Source: a virus
Length of the DNA stretch: 64,000 nucleotides
Virus record (IMG/VR): IMGVR_UViG_3300045988_087221
Strand: one strand, 5' to 3'
The notes under the pieces are model-generated. The model saw nothing but the letters and a program-made list of their open reading frames with translations, had not been told where the DNA came from and did not search any database. A program made the position numbers and the translations under genes. Positions 47,036 to 61,100 of this stretch are shown one piece after another. Every line of letters starts with the position of its first letter. Position 1 is the stretch's first letter.

Positions 47036-48898
47036 ATGATATTTAAGTTTCAATAGGGAGGAGCCACTCCTCCCTTTGTTGCTTATTAGCCAGTTATAGT
47101 GTCTGATAAGCGAACAACTGCCACTTAGGAAGAGGCATTGGCAGCAAAGGCTACTAAAGAATCTGAAAGTGGTAAGTTATCAAGCAAAGATTTGTATACA
47201 ATGCTTAAAGAGAAATTGAAGGGACTTCCTAACGATGTAAATATAGCTATGAATTAGTTACAATAGCTTGAATAGCTTACATCAATGGATTTTGATGGTT
47301 CATTTACTTAGAACATTGAATCTAAGTATTTATCTACTTTACAAACTATGAATCAACTTTCATTTAGTAGAGAATAGTATGATAAAGCTTTAGATAATGT
47401 AAAATCTAATGGAGGACTTAATGAGGCTGCTATAGATTAGTATGGTCAAGTATATATGACTGATGGTAAAGACTATAAATTAATGTCTCCTGAAGAAGCT
47501 AAATAGTCTGGATGGAAACAAATGACTAATTAGGATTTACTTTATTTAAGAGCTAATGACCCTAATTTATCAGGGAAAGATGAGATATTAAATGTAGTTA
47601 ATAACGGTATAGGAATTAGTCAAGTAACCAAAATGATACAGGATAGTATTGGAAATTTAGGTACTAATAGTAATTCAGAAACTGCTTATGCTACAACTCA
47701 ATAGGGTTAGCTTATACAAGGACTTAATGATTTTATTAAAGCAGCCCAAGAAACCGGGCAATATGATGCTTCTATAGAAGATTTATATAAAGCACAAATA
47801 ATCAATAAAACACAGGCTCAGTAGGCTCAGTAGGCTATTGCTTATATATATAAAACATTACCACAGAATGCTAAATCTTTATTAAAGACTAGAACTGAAG
47901 GAGGGACTGATAAGGAAGCTTTAAACTTAATTAGTACATTAGTATTATCCAAAACTAGTGAAGATAGATCTTTTACTGCAGATTTAGAGGGTGGTCCTAC
48001 TAAAAAATCTATGTCTAAAGATGCTAATGCTGGAAGTAAGGATGATACGGAGTTGAAAACATCTCTTCCATTACAAGTTATGTAGGATATGGGAGGAGCT
48101 GATATAGCTCCAGTAACTATTGATAAAGGTGATGGAGTACAAATGTCGGTATATGGTTCATTCTTCTCTGCTATCAACGATAAAAAAGGTGAACCTATTG
48201 TTAATACTTCTCTATAGAATATGTTAGCTCAATCGGGTTTACAGGATATAGTTAAAAATGTTAGAAGTATAACTTTTGGAGATTAGAAACTTACTCCTGA
48301 GTAGTTATCTAAAATCACATATAACAATACTGGAATTGTTAGGGCTGACTTACCAGTAAATGAAGATGGAACTGTAAAACTAAGTGTTCTTGATGATTTT
48401 AATGCAGCTATGAATGAAATTAAAGGACTTGGAAATGCATCTAAGGAACAAGTAGAAGCTATTAAGGCAAAGTACCATCTTGATCAGTATCTTAAAGATG
48501 ATGGTACTCCTGATCCTAAACATACTGCTCCATTTATACTTACTGAAGGTTATACTACAGAGAAAAATGGTATTGAAGACACTGCATATGTTAAACATAT
48601 CAAAAATCCTACGGATGATTAGATACAATTAATTAAAGATTCTCTTACTGTGGGTACTGGTAAAGATGCTAAAGTTCCAGATATAGATACTTTTGATTGG
48701 TACAATCCATTTGATTGGTTTGGTACTGAAAATATTTATAAAGCAACTGTATATATTCCAATATCTAATAATGTGGGTGCTGCTGTTAGAGGAGGTAATT
48801 AGAACTTAGATTATAATGAAGCTCTTAAATATGAAATGAAGTATAGGAACTTCTAGAGAATGAATAATGCAAAAACTACAAGCGCTGACGTATTATGA
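47036..48898 (+). CDS. Virion cargo-like protein (620 aa)
   Basis: ATG 47036 is in the frame of track ORF 48410. TGA 48896-48898 overlaps the next ATG. Confidence 0.8.
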
Positions 48899-51800
48899 AC
48901 GATTGGTTAGTGGCAAATATAAATAATCCCGATTTTACAGTTTCTGACTTTAAAAATATCGCGGATATGAGTATAGATAATACACAATTTTTAAAGAAAG
49001 ATTAGTATTTAAAGTCAGATTTTATTAAGAATAATCCTGCTTTTAAAGGAAACAATGGAGACTTTGATTAGAAAAAGTTTGATAAATATTATGATTAGAG
49101 ACTTTAGGATTTCTAGTAGTTTAAAAATGATAAAACTCCAGCAGGATTTGAACTTGATGTTTTTGACACATTAAGAACTCCTAATGATAAGGTTAGAAGT
49201 AATGGTCTTAAAATAGGTAGAGGTTATAATCCTGATAGATAGAAAATTGGTATTGAAGGAGTAAATGTTTGGAGTAAACCTGAACGTAGTAGATCGGAAT
49301 TGGCTCAAACATAGAAAATATTTAATTCTGAGACTGGTAAATTTGAAAATTGGACACCAAATGATAATGCACTATTTAATGGTAAATCCGATTTTGGTTT
49401 AAGTTGGTTAAAATCTTTATTTTCAGACCCATTAGTATTGGCTCAATATGAAGAGGATACTATAGACAAAGATGGCACTAAACATAAGAAAGGAGACTAT
49501 AAATTAAATGAAGAAGGTACATATTATTATGAAACTTTAGGAGGTAGAAATCCCATTGGTAAACAAGTATTATCCTCTTTAGATACTCTTACTGTGGATG
49601 GTACTAAATTAAACAAATATGATTTCTTTGATTCTGATGATATTGAAAAGTCTGTAGGAGGGGTAATTGCTAAGAATGTAGCTACTCTTATACCTATGTT
49701 TGTAGGGGGTCCAATTGGAACTGTTTATTCTACAGCTCTTATAGCTAGGGAAATGGCTAAGTCATTACCTATGTTATATGGAATGACAACTGCTTTATTT
49801 AGTGATTCAGAAACTCCTAAATGGATGAATACCATAGCTGCTATGGGTGATAAATTTACTTCTGGAACTTCTGACTATGCTAAAGAACATACCTTTAGTG
49901 TTGAAAACTTTGGTAATCTTATTTCTGATGTAGCTTTATAGTGGGGTCAGCAAAAAGGTATTGCCTAGGCTATTAATAAACTAAAAGGTAGTAAGAATTA
50001 TATAGAAGAAGCTATGGAAGATGCAGCTAAATTATACAAGGCTAAGGCTTCTTCTATGCCTATGTAGGCATTATCTTAGACTGGCAATTGGCAAGATAGT
50101 GTTTTAGGAGCTGCTTGTATTAAAAAATACTTACCAGCAGCTGAAAAAGCTATGAAAGAATCTACTTAGCTAGGACGTGATGCTTCATTAGCTTATATGG
50201 CTATTGTATCTAATTCTGATGTATATGGGGATGCCTTACAACATGGTGCTTCTAAATAGGATGCAGCAGCTATAGCTTTAGGTAGTACTTTAGGTATGTA
50301 TGCTGTAGACAAATATGCACATCTTGGAGAGTTGTTTTTTGATGATGCTACAGAAGATAGTGTAAAGGCAGCTAGAAATGCTATTAAAAATGAATTATTA
50401 GGAGAAGCAGACGAGAAAGGTGTTAGAAAGGGAGGTTTAAAAGCTATATTTGATCAAATAAGTGCTTCTAATGATACTCCAGCTAATAAAGCAGTGTAGA
50501 AAATACATGCAGCCTTAAATAAAACTAAATCTTTTCTAGGTAACTATGCAGATGATTTAAAATACCATACTACAGGATTTTTTGGAAAGGCTGCAGGTGA
50601 AGGTTTAGAAGAAGTAGGTGAAGAATTAGTTACAGATACTGCTAAATCTATATATTAGTTAGCAGGATTTTTAGGAGCAGATACTTCAACTGCTGATGTG
50701 GGAGCTTGGGATAATGCATTGGAAAGATATTCTATGTCATTTTTAGGAGGCGCTCTTGGTGGAGGTGTATTCTATGCAAAAGAAGCTTTCGATGGTGCTT
50801 CCTACAAAAGAGATAAATCTAATGAAGAATTAGCTACTTTAACTAGAAATGGGCATATAGGAGAATTACGTGATGAAGTAGAAAAGTTACGTAAGAAAGG
50901 TAAATTAGGAAGTACTAAATTATCTGCTAGTGATTATGAAACCACTTCTAAAGGAGAAAATGTTTGGTTAACTACTAATAATGAGAATGATTCTTAGAAT
51001 TAGAAAATTGCAGACTTAATTAATGATAAAATTACAGCTATAGATACTGTAATAAATAATAATCAAGTTGGTTTAACTGATGATTAGTTATTTAATACAA
51101 TGGTATTAGGAGAACAAAGATATTAGATGTATAAAGATATTGCTCCTATAACTAATTATTATGAAGATTTTAATGAAGTCCTATCTAATTTAATTAAAGC
51201 TGAGTTAGACTACAGAACTGCTTCTCAAACATTAGATGGTTCTACAGAACTTACTGATTCTAATAAAATTACCGACTAGAAACTTAGAGCCCTAACTCCT
51301 GAATAGCAACAAAATAGAAATAATGCTCTTGCTGTATTATAGTAGAAAGTAGAGAAAGCTAGACAAGCTAAAGATGAATTTTTATCAGGAGATACTTCTC
51401 TTGATTATACTCGTAAACTAAATTTTGCTCTAGACCCTAATTTACACAGTCCGTTTATGGATATAGATGCTGAAGCATTGTGGAAAGAGTAGTTTGGGAA
51501 TAAGTCCATGGATGAAATATCTGATGAAGATAAATTACATTTTTATACAGTAGTTTTACCAGAAAAATAGAAATTTTAGACTAAGGAAGCAATAACTAAA
51601 TCTTGGGATAGATTTAAATAGATTGAAAAAGTTATTAATCCTGAGTTACATAATCTAACAGATAATGCTCCTCAGTTTAAACAATGGCATTAGAAATTTC
51701 AGCAAATAGTTAGTTAGTTAGATTCTAAGGATTTAATATCTAGCTATGCTAATTATGATACTAAATTAGATACAGAATCAGATGACGAATATAATGCTAG

Positions 51801-54800
51801 AAATAGTAAATTGATAGACCCTGTAACTGGAGCAGAAGAATCTGATTAGGATTTTATTAATCGTAAGAATAATAGAACACGTCAAATTGAAGCTCTTAAC
51901 GATTAGAAAGATGCTGAGTGGGTTAATAATATAATGTAGTAGCTAGCTGTAGTAGGTAATTAGTTAGACCCAATAGCAGCAGGAACATTAAAGAAACTTA
52001 TTCCTAAGAGAATTAAAGATGTATTAGCTAGAAAAATATAGTTGGCACCATTAAGTAATGAAGTTAAGAGTATTTTGGGTAATCTTAATACAGATTTAAG
52101 TAATACTAAGGAAGTATTAGATACTATTAAGAATAGTGCTTTAGCTAAAACTAAGAGTTTAGTTAAATAGAAAGCAGCAAGTATTCCTAAAGTTTATACA
52201 AATTTTAAAGGAGAAGAGTTAAATCCCGAAGATTTATTTACGATTGATGGGATAGAAGATATGACTATTTAGGAATTAATAGACAATCCTTCTTAGTTAT
52301 ATGATATTGACGATGATTAGAAGTAGGATATTATTAATCAACTACAAGCTATTACTGATCCAGAATTATAGGATTAGATATAGAATATCTTAGCTAATAT
52401 AAATGATCCTCAAGCTACTATATAGAATCTTAATTAGTTATAGAAATCAGCTCCTTAGTATAAATAGAAAATAAATAGTTTATTAGATTTATATGAATTT
52501 AAAATATCTAAGGAATAGTCTGATAAAGTAGTTAATAATCTTATTGATTTAGCAAGTATAATTAATCCTGATACTAGTATATCTTCATTAGTAAATGATG
52601 ATATGGGAATCTAGGATTAGTTAGATTCAGATGTTGAATCATATGTTTCAACATTAACTCAAGGTGTAAATAATGAAGTAAATTCTTTAGTTGCAGATGT
52701 AGGTAACAATGCTATAGTTAAATTACATAACTCCATATAGAGTACTATTAAGAATCCAGTAATTGAATTAGTTAAATCTCTTGCAGGAAAAGTTCTTGAT
52801 AAAACTCAAATGCCTGATGTTATTGATACTTTAACTAAATTAGACACTAATTTTGATGAAGTTGAAAATATTGGAGAATTAGTACTTGATGGAGAGCAAA
52901 TGAAAACTCTTTAGAATACTAGAGATGCTTTGGCTATGGTAGCTACATATTTATATGCAGCTTCTAGTACTCCTACAGGTAACAATGTTATAGGACATAA
53001 CAAAGTAATAAATGAGTATGCTAAAAAACATAGTGACGCTGTTCAAAACTGGGAAGAACTTCCTGAAATTGATGATGATTATGCAACTATATATTAGGAG
53101 CAACTTAATTAGTTTATAAAGACTCTTGATGCTTGGATTGATTTATCTAATAATAACGATATAAATAAGAGAAGACAATTTGAAGAAACTGATAAAGCTT
53201 TAACTAGAAGTTTTAATGGTTTATGGCAAGCTAATAAACAACATTTTGTTATCGATGTAAAAGATAAACATTATAACTTGTTAGAAGGTAGTTTGGATGA
53301 TAATGTTCCAGATGTTTCTCTATTTAATTATGAAAAGGCTTTTTATGGTAATTTTTAGAAAGCTCTATAGGAATCAGGAATGTCTGTCTCTGAGTTTTTA
53401 AAAGAATCTAATATTCTTGACAAACTAATTAGTTTTAATTAGTTAGGAGATTAGAGAAATACTCGATTAAACCCTAAAATGTAGTATGGAGATATGTCAG
53501 AATATGACAAACTCCAATATTTAGCAACTATATTATCACTTAATCCAGTTGATTTTTATAACTTTTTAAAAACTTCAGTAGGATAGAACTCTGATAAAGC
53601 ACCAATAGCTAGTCAGGAATATGCTTCAAAAGTAGCTATTGCTTAGACTACTTAGACTTATAGAGATATAATGAAATATGCTTTTGATAAGTCTGGAAGT
53701 AATTTGTATAATGCTAATAATACAGTAATAATTACTGGTGATGCTGGTAGTGGAAAAACTTCTGTAGTAGGTAAATCTGTTATTGATTTTCTAGGACCTG
53801 AGACCAAAGTACTATGTGTGGGACCAACTTCTACATAGGCTTAGGGATTACTTACCTCATTTGGAAGAGGAAAGTCAATGGATATTGAATCCTTAATGAG
53901 AAAACTTTTAGGAGACACAGTTTGGGCAGATTTAAAATCAGATTTAGATATAGAGTATAAGCCAAGTAAAAACTAGTTAGAGAAAGATTCTGAATACTTT
54001 AGTTATTCTGCAGGTGATTTTGCTTAGACTAAACTTAAAAAAGACTTTACGTTTAATTAGTTAGATGAGATTCCAAGTATATTAGCTATAGATGAAGCTA
54101 CTCATATCCCAGCTCCGGTACTCCAAGTTTTAGATACTTATATGTAGAAAAATGGAGGAACTTTAATGTTACTTGGAGATGAAAAATAGAAAGGGTATTA
54201 TAATAAAAATAATGCTATAGGCAATATGAGACCTGTAGATTTATTTGCTTCTAGAACTCCTGAATTAAGTGTATCTTTACGTGATAATAATATTTAGAAA
54301 CAAGCTAATTTGAACAGCGTAAAGACTATCTTATCTTAGGCTATTACAAATATGTATGAAATGTCAGAATCTGATTTATCATCATATTGGAAAACTATTA
54401 ATCCTTTACTTTCTAAATTGAACTTTAGAGTTTATAATTAGAATACTTTAGCAGGTGATTTAATTACCAAGACTTTATCAAATGATACCATTAATAAATT
54501 AAAAACTTCTACTAATGTGGGATTCATTGGAGATACGTCTAGTGCTGCATACTAGGCTATGAAACAAGCAGGTATGAATCCTACTGTATTATCCAAGGAT
54601 TAGATGTAGGGTTAGGAGTTTGAATATGTAGTAATTGATCAACCATTCACTAAACCCGATGCAGATTTCCATATTAGAGACTTTTTACAAGATTTATATA
54701 CTTTAATGAGTCGTGGTAAAACTGCTTCTATTTTTATCGATAATGGATTAAGTAATATCATAGGTAATAATACTCAAGATGATTATACTGCTAAAGCTCC

Positions 54801-57800
54801 TAGTCTTAAAGATAAGATTAATGGAAAAAGTACTATAGAGTAGCTAAAAGAACGTAAATTATCTATATTAGATTAGTTAGATTTATCTCCTATTGAAGGT
54901 TTAAATGAAACATCTAATTAGACTACTTAGTAGGCTATAAATCCTACAGATTTTAAAGCACCTGAATCTTTAAATATAGATAAAGATACTGAAGAAGCTG
55001 TTAATTAGTTAATTGATTCTGAAGAAGAAACTAAAGATTCACATGAAGTTGAAAATTCAATAAAAAGTGAATTTACAGTAATGTCTTGGGGAGATTGTAC
55101 TTTAGTTGGAGCTAAAGCTGTGGAAGAAACTCATAAAGGTAAAAATGGTAAAGAGTATAAAGGAAATGCATGGCATTTTGGACCCGATTAGAATGGGGAG
55201 TTACGTAATATATCAGCTTTAACAGATTAGAAATCAGTTTTCTGGTATACAGATAAGCAGACTTTAGAAAAATAGCTATATTAGGTAAAATCTGCTTTGA
55301 TTTTTAATCATAGTTATGATGAAACCATTTTAGGTACACATACTAGAGTAATGCCAACTTGTATAACTGACAACTTTAGTAAAGCTGATTGGGATGCAGG
55401 CACTTATGAATTAGAGATTCGTTCTGTTGAAGGGGAAATTCAACCCTCTTTTAAGCCTATGCCAGAAGTAGGTATGACTTATAAAGGAAATAAGTATGTG
55501 GCTAATATTATATTTAAAGTTAAAAATAAAAAAGGACAAATATGTAAATTTGACTTAGCAGGTATTAATAATCCTGAGACTTTAGCTAGCAATTTAAGTA
55601 AAATAAAAGACAGAATTAGCCAAGAACTTTCTGATCCAACTATTTCTAATGAAAGAAAATCTAAATTACAAAATATCCTTAGTACAATCGAAAATAGGTC
55701 TTAGAAATGGGCTAATTTGTTTGATTCTTGGATAAACAAATATAATAAAGAAGGTAGTTTTTCTATAGATATAAGTAAAGCAATAGTTAGATAGAAACAT
55801 ACTTGGTTTACTAAAAGAACTGGATCTGAAATAAGACTGGGAGGTAGAATTGACCCTAATGCTGTTGATAACACTAAGGATTTTAATAATATGAAAGACA
55901 GAAATCCTGGATTTGTATTTTCAGAAGTATATACTTATGCAGCTAAAGACCCTACTCTATTGAATATTGACCCTTCCTTAAAAGGAAAAGCAGTAGTATT
56001 TGTTTCTTCTGATACCTTATTAAAACCAGAAGATTTAGTTAAATAGTACATAAAACAAATTCAAGATCCAGAACATAATTAGCCTATAGTTAGAATGATT
56101 AGACTTCATAATTATGGTATGACCTTTAGTCAAATGACAAGTAATGAATTCTGTAATAAAATTTAGGGAGGAGATGATACTCGACTTCCTTATAGAGCTA
56201 ATTATCATGGAATTTAGATGTTTGTTTCCTTATGGAACTGGAGAGCTGCTTTAAGTAAATTTAATGAAGCTTTAAATAATTGGATGTAGGAAAATTAGTA
56301 CGATGCTAAGAAACTAGACACATTAATTAAAGCTCAAAATTACTTATTTAATAATAAATAGGTAGATGCAGACACTTATTTAACTAGTAAAAAATTAACT
56401 AGAGCTGATTTAAATAATTTAGAAAAGTTTAACTAGGAAGTATGTAAAGATATACCTACCTTTAGATTAGGTTACTCAAAAAAACATGACTTTCATGTTT
56501 AGCGATTTAAAGTTGCAGGTAGTTAGGCTTATAGAAATAAGTCTGAAGCTAATTTAATAGTTATAACTCCTGATAAAGCCAAGCAGTTCTATTAGTTAAG
56601 TAATAGAATATTAGGAGCCATATGTCCTTCTCCTTATGTTGATACTTTAGGTCTTTAGTTATTACATCCTGGTGCTTAGAATCCTGATGGAACTAGAGAA
56701 CCTGATACCCCTTGGGAAGAAAATGAATTTATTGATATAAATAGTGCTGATCATTAGAGAACTCTTTCTGGTTTATTTACGTCTGATTTAAGAATTGTAG
56801 AAACTAAAAAGGATAAATCTAAAATAGACATTATTTATAAACAAGGTGAGTAGTGGTCTGCAATCCCCAGATATTTAAATAATATCCTTAGAACCGTTAC
56901 ATTCTTTTAGTATAATCCTGATTAGCTTTCAGGCACCTATACAGAATCTGCTAAAGTATCTTGGGATGATAATGGAACAAAGAAAACAGTAAGTACTTAG
57001 ATAGGGGATTTATTTGGCAATGGAGGATTATTAAAAACAAGAAATGATACCAAAGTTAAATCAGGAGAACATCCTGATAGAAGTCTTGCAGATATGTTCG
57101 ACTTAATGTTCCATGGAACTACTGATGATATTCATAGAAAATATGATAAGAACAATCCATTAATGAGAGCAGATGATGCTAGATTCCCTTATGGCTTTTT
57201 TATTAATCCTGATATATCTAGAACTAAAGAGAGTGCTAGTTCTACTGATATAATTAGTATTAAAGCAGGAAAAGAAACTGTATTTTATCCTATTAAAACC
57301 TCTGATGAATTATTTACTTCCGACAATGATTTAAGAGCAGCAGGAATTGATTTATCTATTGATGAACTGTTAAATAACACAGTAAGTCCAACTAATTCTA
57401 CAAATACTTAGACTAGTACTGCTCCAGCAACTACTCAGCCTAAAATAATTCCATTAGAATAGAGAATGCCTGTAGCTGCAGAAGTTCTTAAACAGGTTAA
57501 TGACTCAGGTTTTAACTTTGATGAAGATACCCTAGAAGAGGCTGTTGATAAATTAAATGAAATTACTAAGAACTCGATAATAGATGTATTTAAAACAGTT
57601 GGTTAGGACTAGGCTTTAGAGCTGCCTATAAATTACACTTATTAGAAAACTGGAGATGTTAAGAAATAGACTTTAAAGGATATAATTAGTTCTTAGGTTC
57701 AAGGAGAATTTAATTTAAAAACTAAGAGTATTAATGGAGAATCTAAATTAATAGTGGAAAATAACGGAACTGAGTACGAATTAGATACTGAAACCTGGAC

Positions 57801-58116
57801 TCTTAAAGGCGATTAGGTATAGAAAGTCAATAATAAATTGGATGAGTTAATTAACTTTAACGGTAAAGAAGTAAAAAAATCAGTAGCCCTTAATTAGCTA
57901 TTAAATAGTTAGGAATTTAAAAATAAACTTGACGATACTAGCACTCTAGATGAATTTATATAGAAATTAAACACTCTTATAAATAATGCTAAAACTCTTA
58001 ATGAGGATTAGATTTCTGAGGCATTACATAAATTGAAAGATGACCTTAATTATGTAGATATAACTGGACTAATATATGATGATTATCCAGAGTTATATAA
58101 AATATTTGAATGTTAA
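48895..58116 (+). CDS. Giant protein (3073 aa) with an embedded SF1 (RecD/Dda-like) helicase/ATPase domain
   Basis: ATG 48895. Track ORFs 49438, 50296, 50698, 55297 and 57094 share its frame. The first non-TAG stop is TAA 58114-58116. Helicase motifs: GDAGSGKT (53737-53760), VGPTSTQAQGL, AIDEATH (DEA at 54091-54099), LLGDEKQ (Q is TAG 54187-54189), QMQGQEFEYVVID (54601-54639) and LYTLMSRGK. Confidence 0.85.
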
Positions 58117-61100
58117 TGGCAGTATGTAACTTGCTAAATACCTATAGTCCAGCAGATATAGGTAGAGCCTTAATGACTTATTCGCGTGACGAGAATGCTG
58201 ATAAATTTATTGATAGATTTATAAACAAATAGGGAATACCTAAAACAACTAGATATAAATTAGATTCGTTAGATTCTGAAGATAGTATTTAGAAATCTAT
58301 TCAAGGATTTAATAAATCTATGGATGATGCAATAGCAGCACTAACTTCTAGAAAACCGGATTTGCTTCCTAAATTTAATGAATTAAGAAGTAAAGTATTA
58401 GAAACCCTTCATGTAGACTTAGACGAACACTCGTCTGGGTCTACTCCAGAGGGAGATAGTTCTATTGAAGCTAAAACTACTTTTGAAATATTAGATAATA
58501 ATTAGTTAAGTTTAGATGAACATCTTAAAGAAATATATGGTACTGGAGCATATAATATTATTAGACAACTAAAAGAAGGATTTAATGACAACCTTTTTGC
58601 AGCATGTTATTATAATGTAGCTAATGGAGTCTTAGTTGTACAAGCAGATAATGTGTTAAATTAGAATCTTATTAATCTTAAAAATAAATATTTTAAGTAG
58701 ATAGTAGAATATTTAAAGTCAGTAGATTCTAAGTATGAAAAATTACCTAATGAATTTGTAAATGAAGAAGGATTTATAGGAGGTAAGTATTTTTATGTAA
58801 TGCAAGCTTTTTATGATCATATGAAACATATTCCTAATTTACAATAGACTCTAGATAGTTTATCCTCTAAAAGACTTAATAATTATGATAAAGTATCTAA
58901 TACACAGGCATATACTTAGGTAGTAAATGTTTTATTACAAAATCCGGATTTTAAAAAGACCCTATTTAATATTTATAGGTCTGGAAAATAGCAAGATAAT
59001 GTAAGGAATACATTGTATTTAGCAGACCATTTGTCTTCCTATTTCTATGAAGTTAAAAGATTATTAAATACTAAGAAATATCAAGATTTATTAGATACTG
59101 AAATAGACGGAAAAACAATCAAAGATATATTAGATAGTTTTGAATTAGAAAATAATGATTTATTAAATGCTGCAAATGCGTATACCTCTCTAATTCATTT
59201 TGATGAAATGCTAGTAGACTCTTTAGGAGATGCCATTGACATCAAACAGGGATAGAAAGGAATGGAGTTTGGAGACCCTACCAAATATTCATACAAATAG
59301 GAAACAGCTCATTAGAAAAAAAGTTGGCAACAAAGTGAATCAGTAGAATCAGAAAAATATATAGCAAATGTAGTTAAAGCATTCTTTAGTTAGATAAGAG
59401 TGTTAAATTATAAAACTGACCAATTTTAGAATAGAAGATTAAATAGCACTTCAGTTATTGTGGCTGCCAGAAATCTTATTGATGATGTTCTATATAATAA
59501 ACTTGATTTATTGCAATGGGCTAGGAATAACGATAATAGGGAATAGGCTGTTAATGATTTTGCTTTAGCTTTAATAGATTTACATGAGAATCCATAGAAT
59601 TAGTTATATAAAGCCTTAAGTTTGTTATTTGAACCGATAAAAGGAAGCAGTTAGAGATTAATTGACACAATTCCATTAAATAATACTACTGCGACTACCG
59701 AATATGATTTAAATATATTATATTCATTATATGAAGCTGCTTTAAATGAAAGTAATCCAAATTCTTTAAGATCTTAGGAATTAAAAAATGCTAAACAGAT
59801 AAACGGTACAGTTGCTTAGTTGTCTGCTGAAATATCGGGTATTATAGATAGGAATACTACTATGCATTATCTTGAAACGTCTTTTGATGGCAAAACTGGT
59901 ATGGTTCAAATTAAGGTAAAGAAAAGATACTTTAATAATGCAGATACTTACAAAACTAGGGTAAGAATTAATAGAAATATTAATAATGCTTCAGCTTCTG
60001 AACGTGAAGCTAGACGTAGTAAGTGGTAGTTTGACACTATTAATACTGTAGATGGCAATAAACAGTATTCTATAGTAATTGGAGATGAAAAAGTTACTTA
60101 TATATCTACTCAGATATTAAATTCCGATGGTAAATATTAGAATAATGAATTATTTAATGATTTAAATAAAATTGATTTAACTTCCTTTAGATAGAAATTA
60201 CTTAGAAATGAGGAACTCACTGAACGGGAAAGAAAATTAAAAGATCTATTATCTTTTATTGATGACCATTTAAGTTTAAAGATTCTAGATAACCCTTCAT
60301 AGAAAATTCAGCAGCTTGAGATATTTCAGTAGTTAAATAAGGATAATTTAAAGAATTTAACTACGTTAGCTATTAAAGCAGCCTATGTTAATTATCTCTA
60401 TGATGAGGCTGGAGACTAGGATTTTGCATAGTATTTATCTAATACAGGTAAAGATGGAATTTATCGAATTTATGAAAATAATAAAAAGAGCAAACTGTTT
60501 ACTAATATGTTTAATAACTTAAAAATTACAGTTGCTTCTTTTAAGGATAGTATACTTGAAGCTTGGAGTGACGCTTATTCCATGTAGTCAGGAGAAGCTT
60601 CTAAGGCTACTACTAAAAATAAAGCTGGTGATAATATTCCAAATAATAGTGTAAATAAATTAGGTACTAATATTCATCATTATTTATTTAAATAGAAAGA
60701 TACTAATGCAAATAGTTTGTTCTTTGTTCAAGATTCTACTAAAATTAAAGGTATTCAACATGACTTAGAAGCTACTTCACAGTGGCAAGAGTCTAAATAG
60801 TTAAAGAATTTTTCGTAGGGAGAGTTATTCTTTCATTCTGTATTTAATAAGTTCTGGGGAAGCTATTTACAATATGGAACATTTATAATATAGCCTACAG
60901 CTTATTCTGATAAAACTACTTTCATTAATTATGAAATTACTAAGAATCTATTTGGAGACGATATTATAAATGATGAAAATCTAAAAGACACTATAGTTAA
61001 AGAGACTATTAACACTATAGGCACCTTTTATAAAAATGTATGGAATTCAACTAAAAATAAACTGCAAAGACTAACTGATGCCTATAATAATTAGCATGGG

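Noticed and set aside
5734-48898. TGA might also be reassigned (code-4-like).
   Set aside because: Every in-frame TGA I met (5734, 6174, 6752, 17202, 22546, 28098, 40925, 48896) sits at a gene end. Most overlap or immediately precede the next ATG, and the downstream frame changes.
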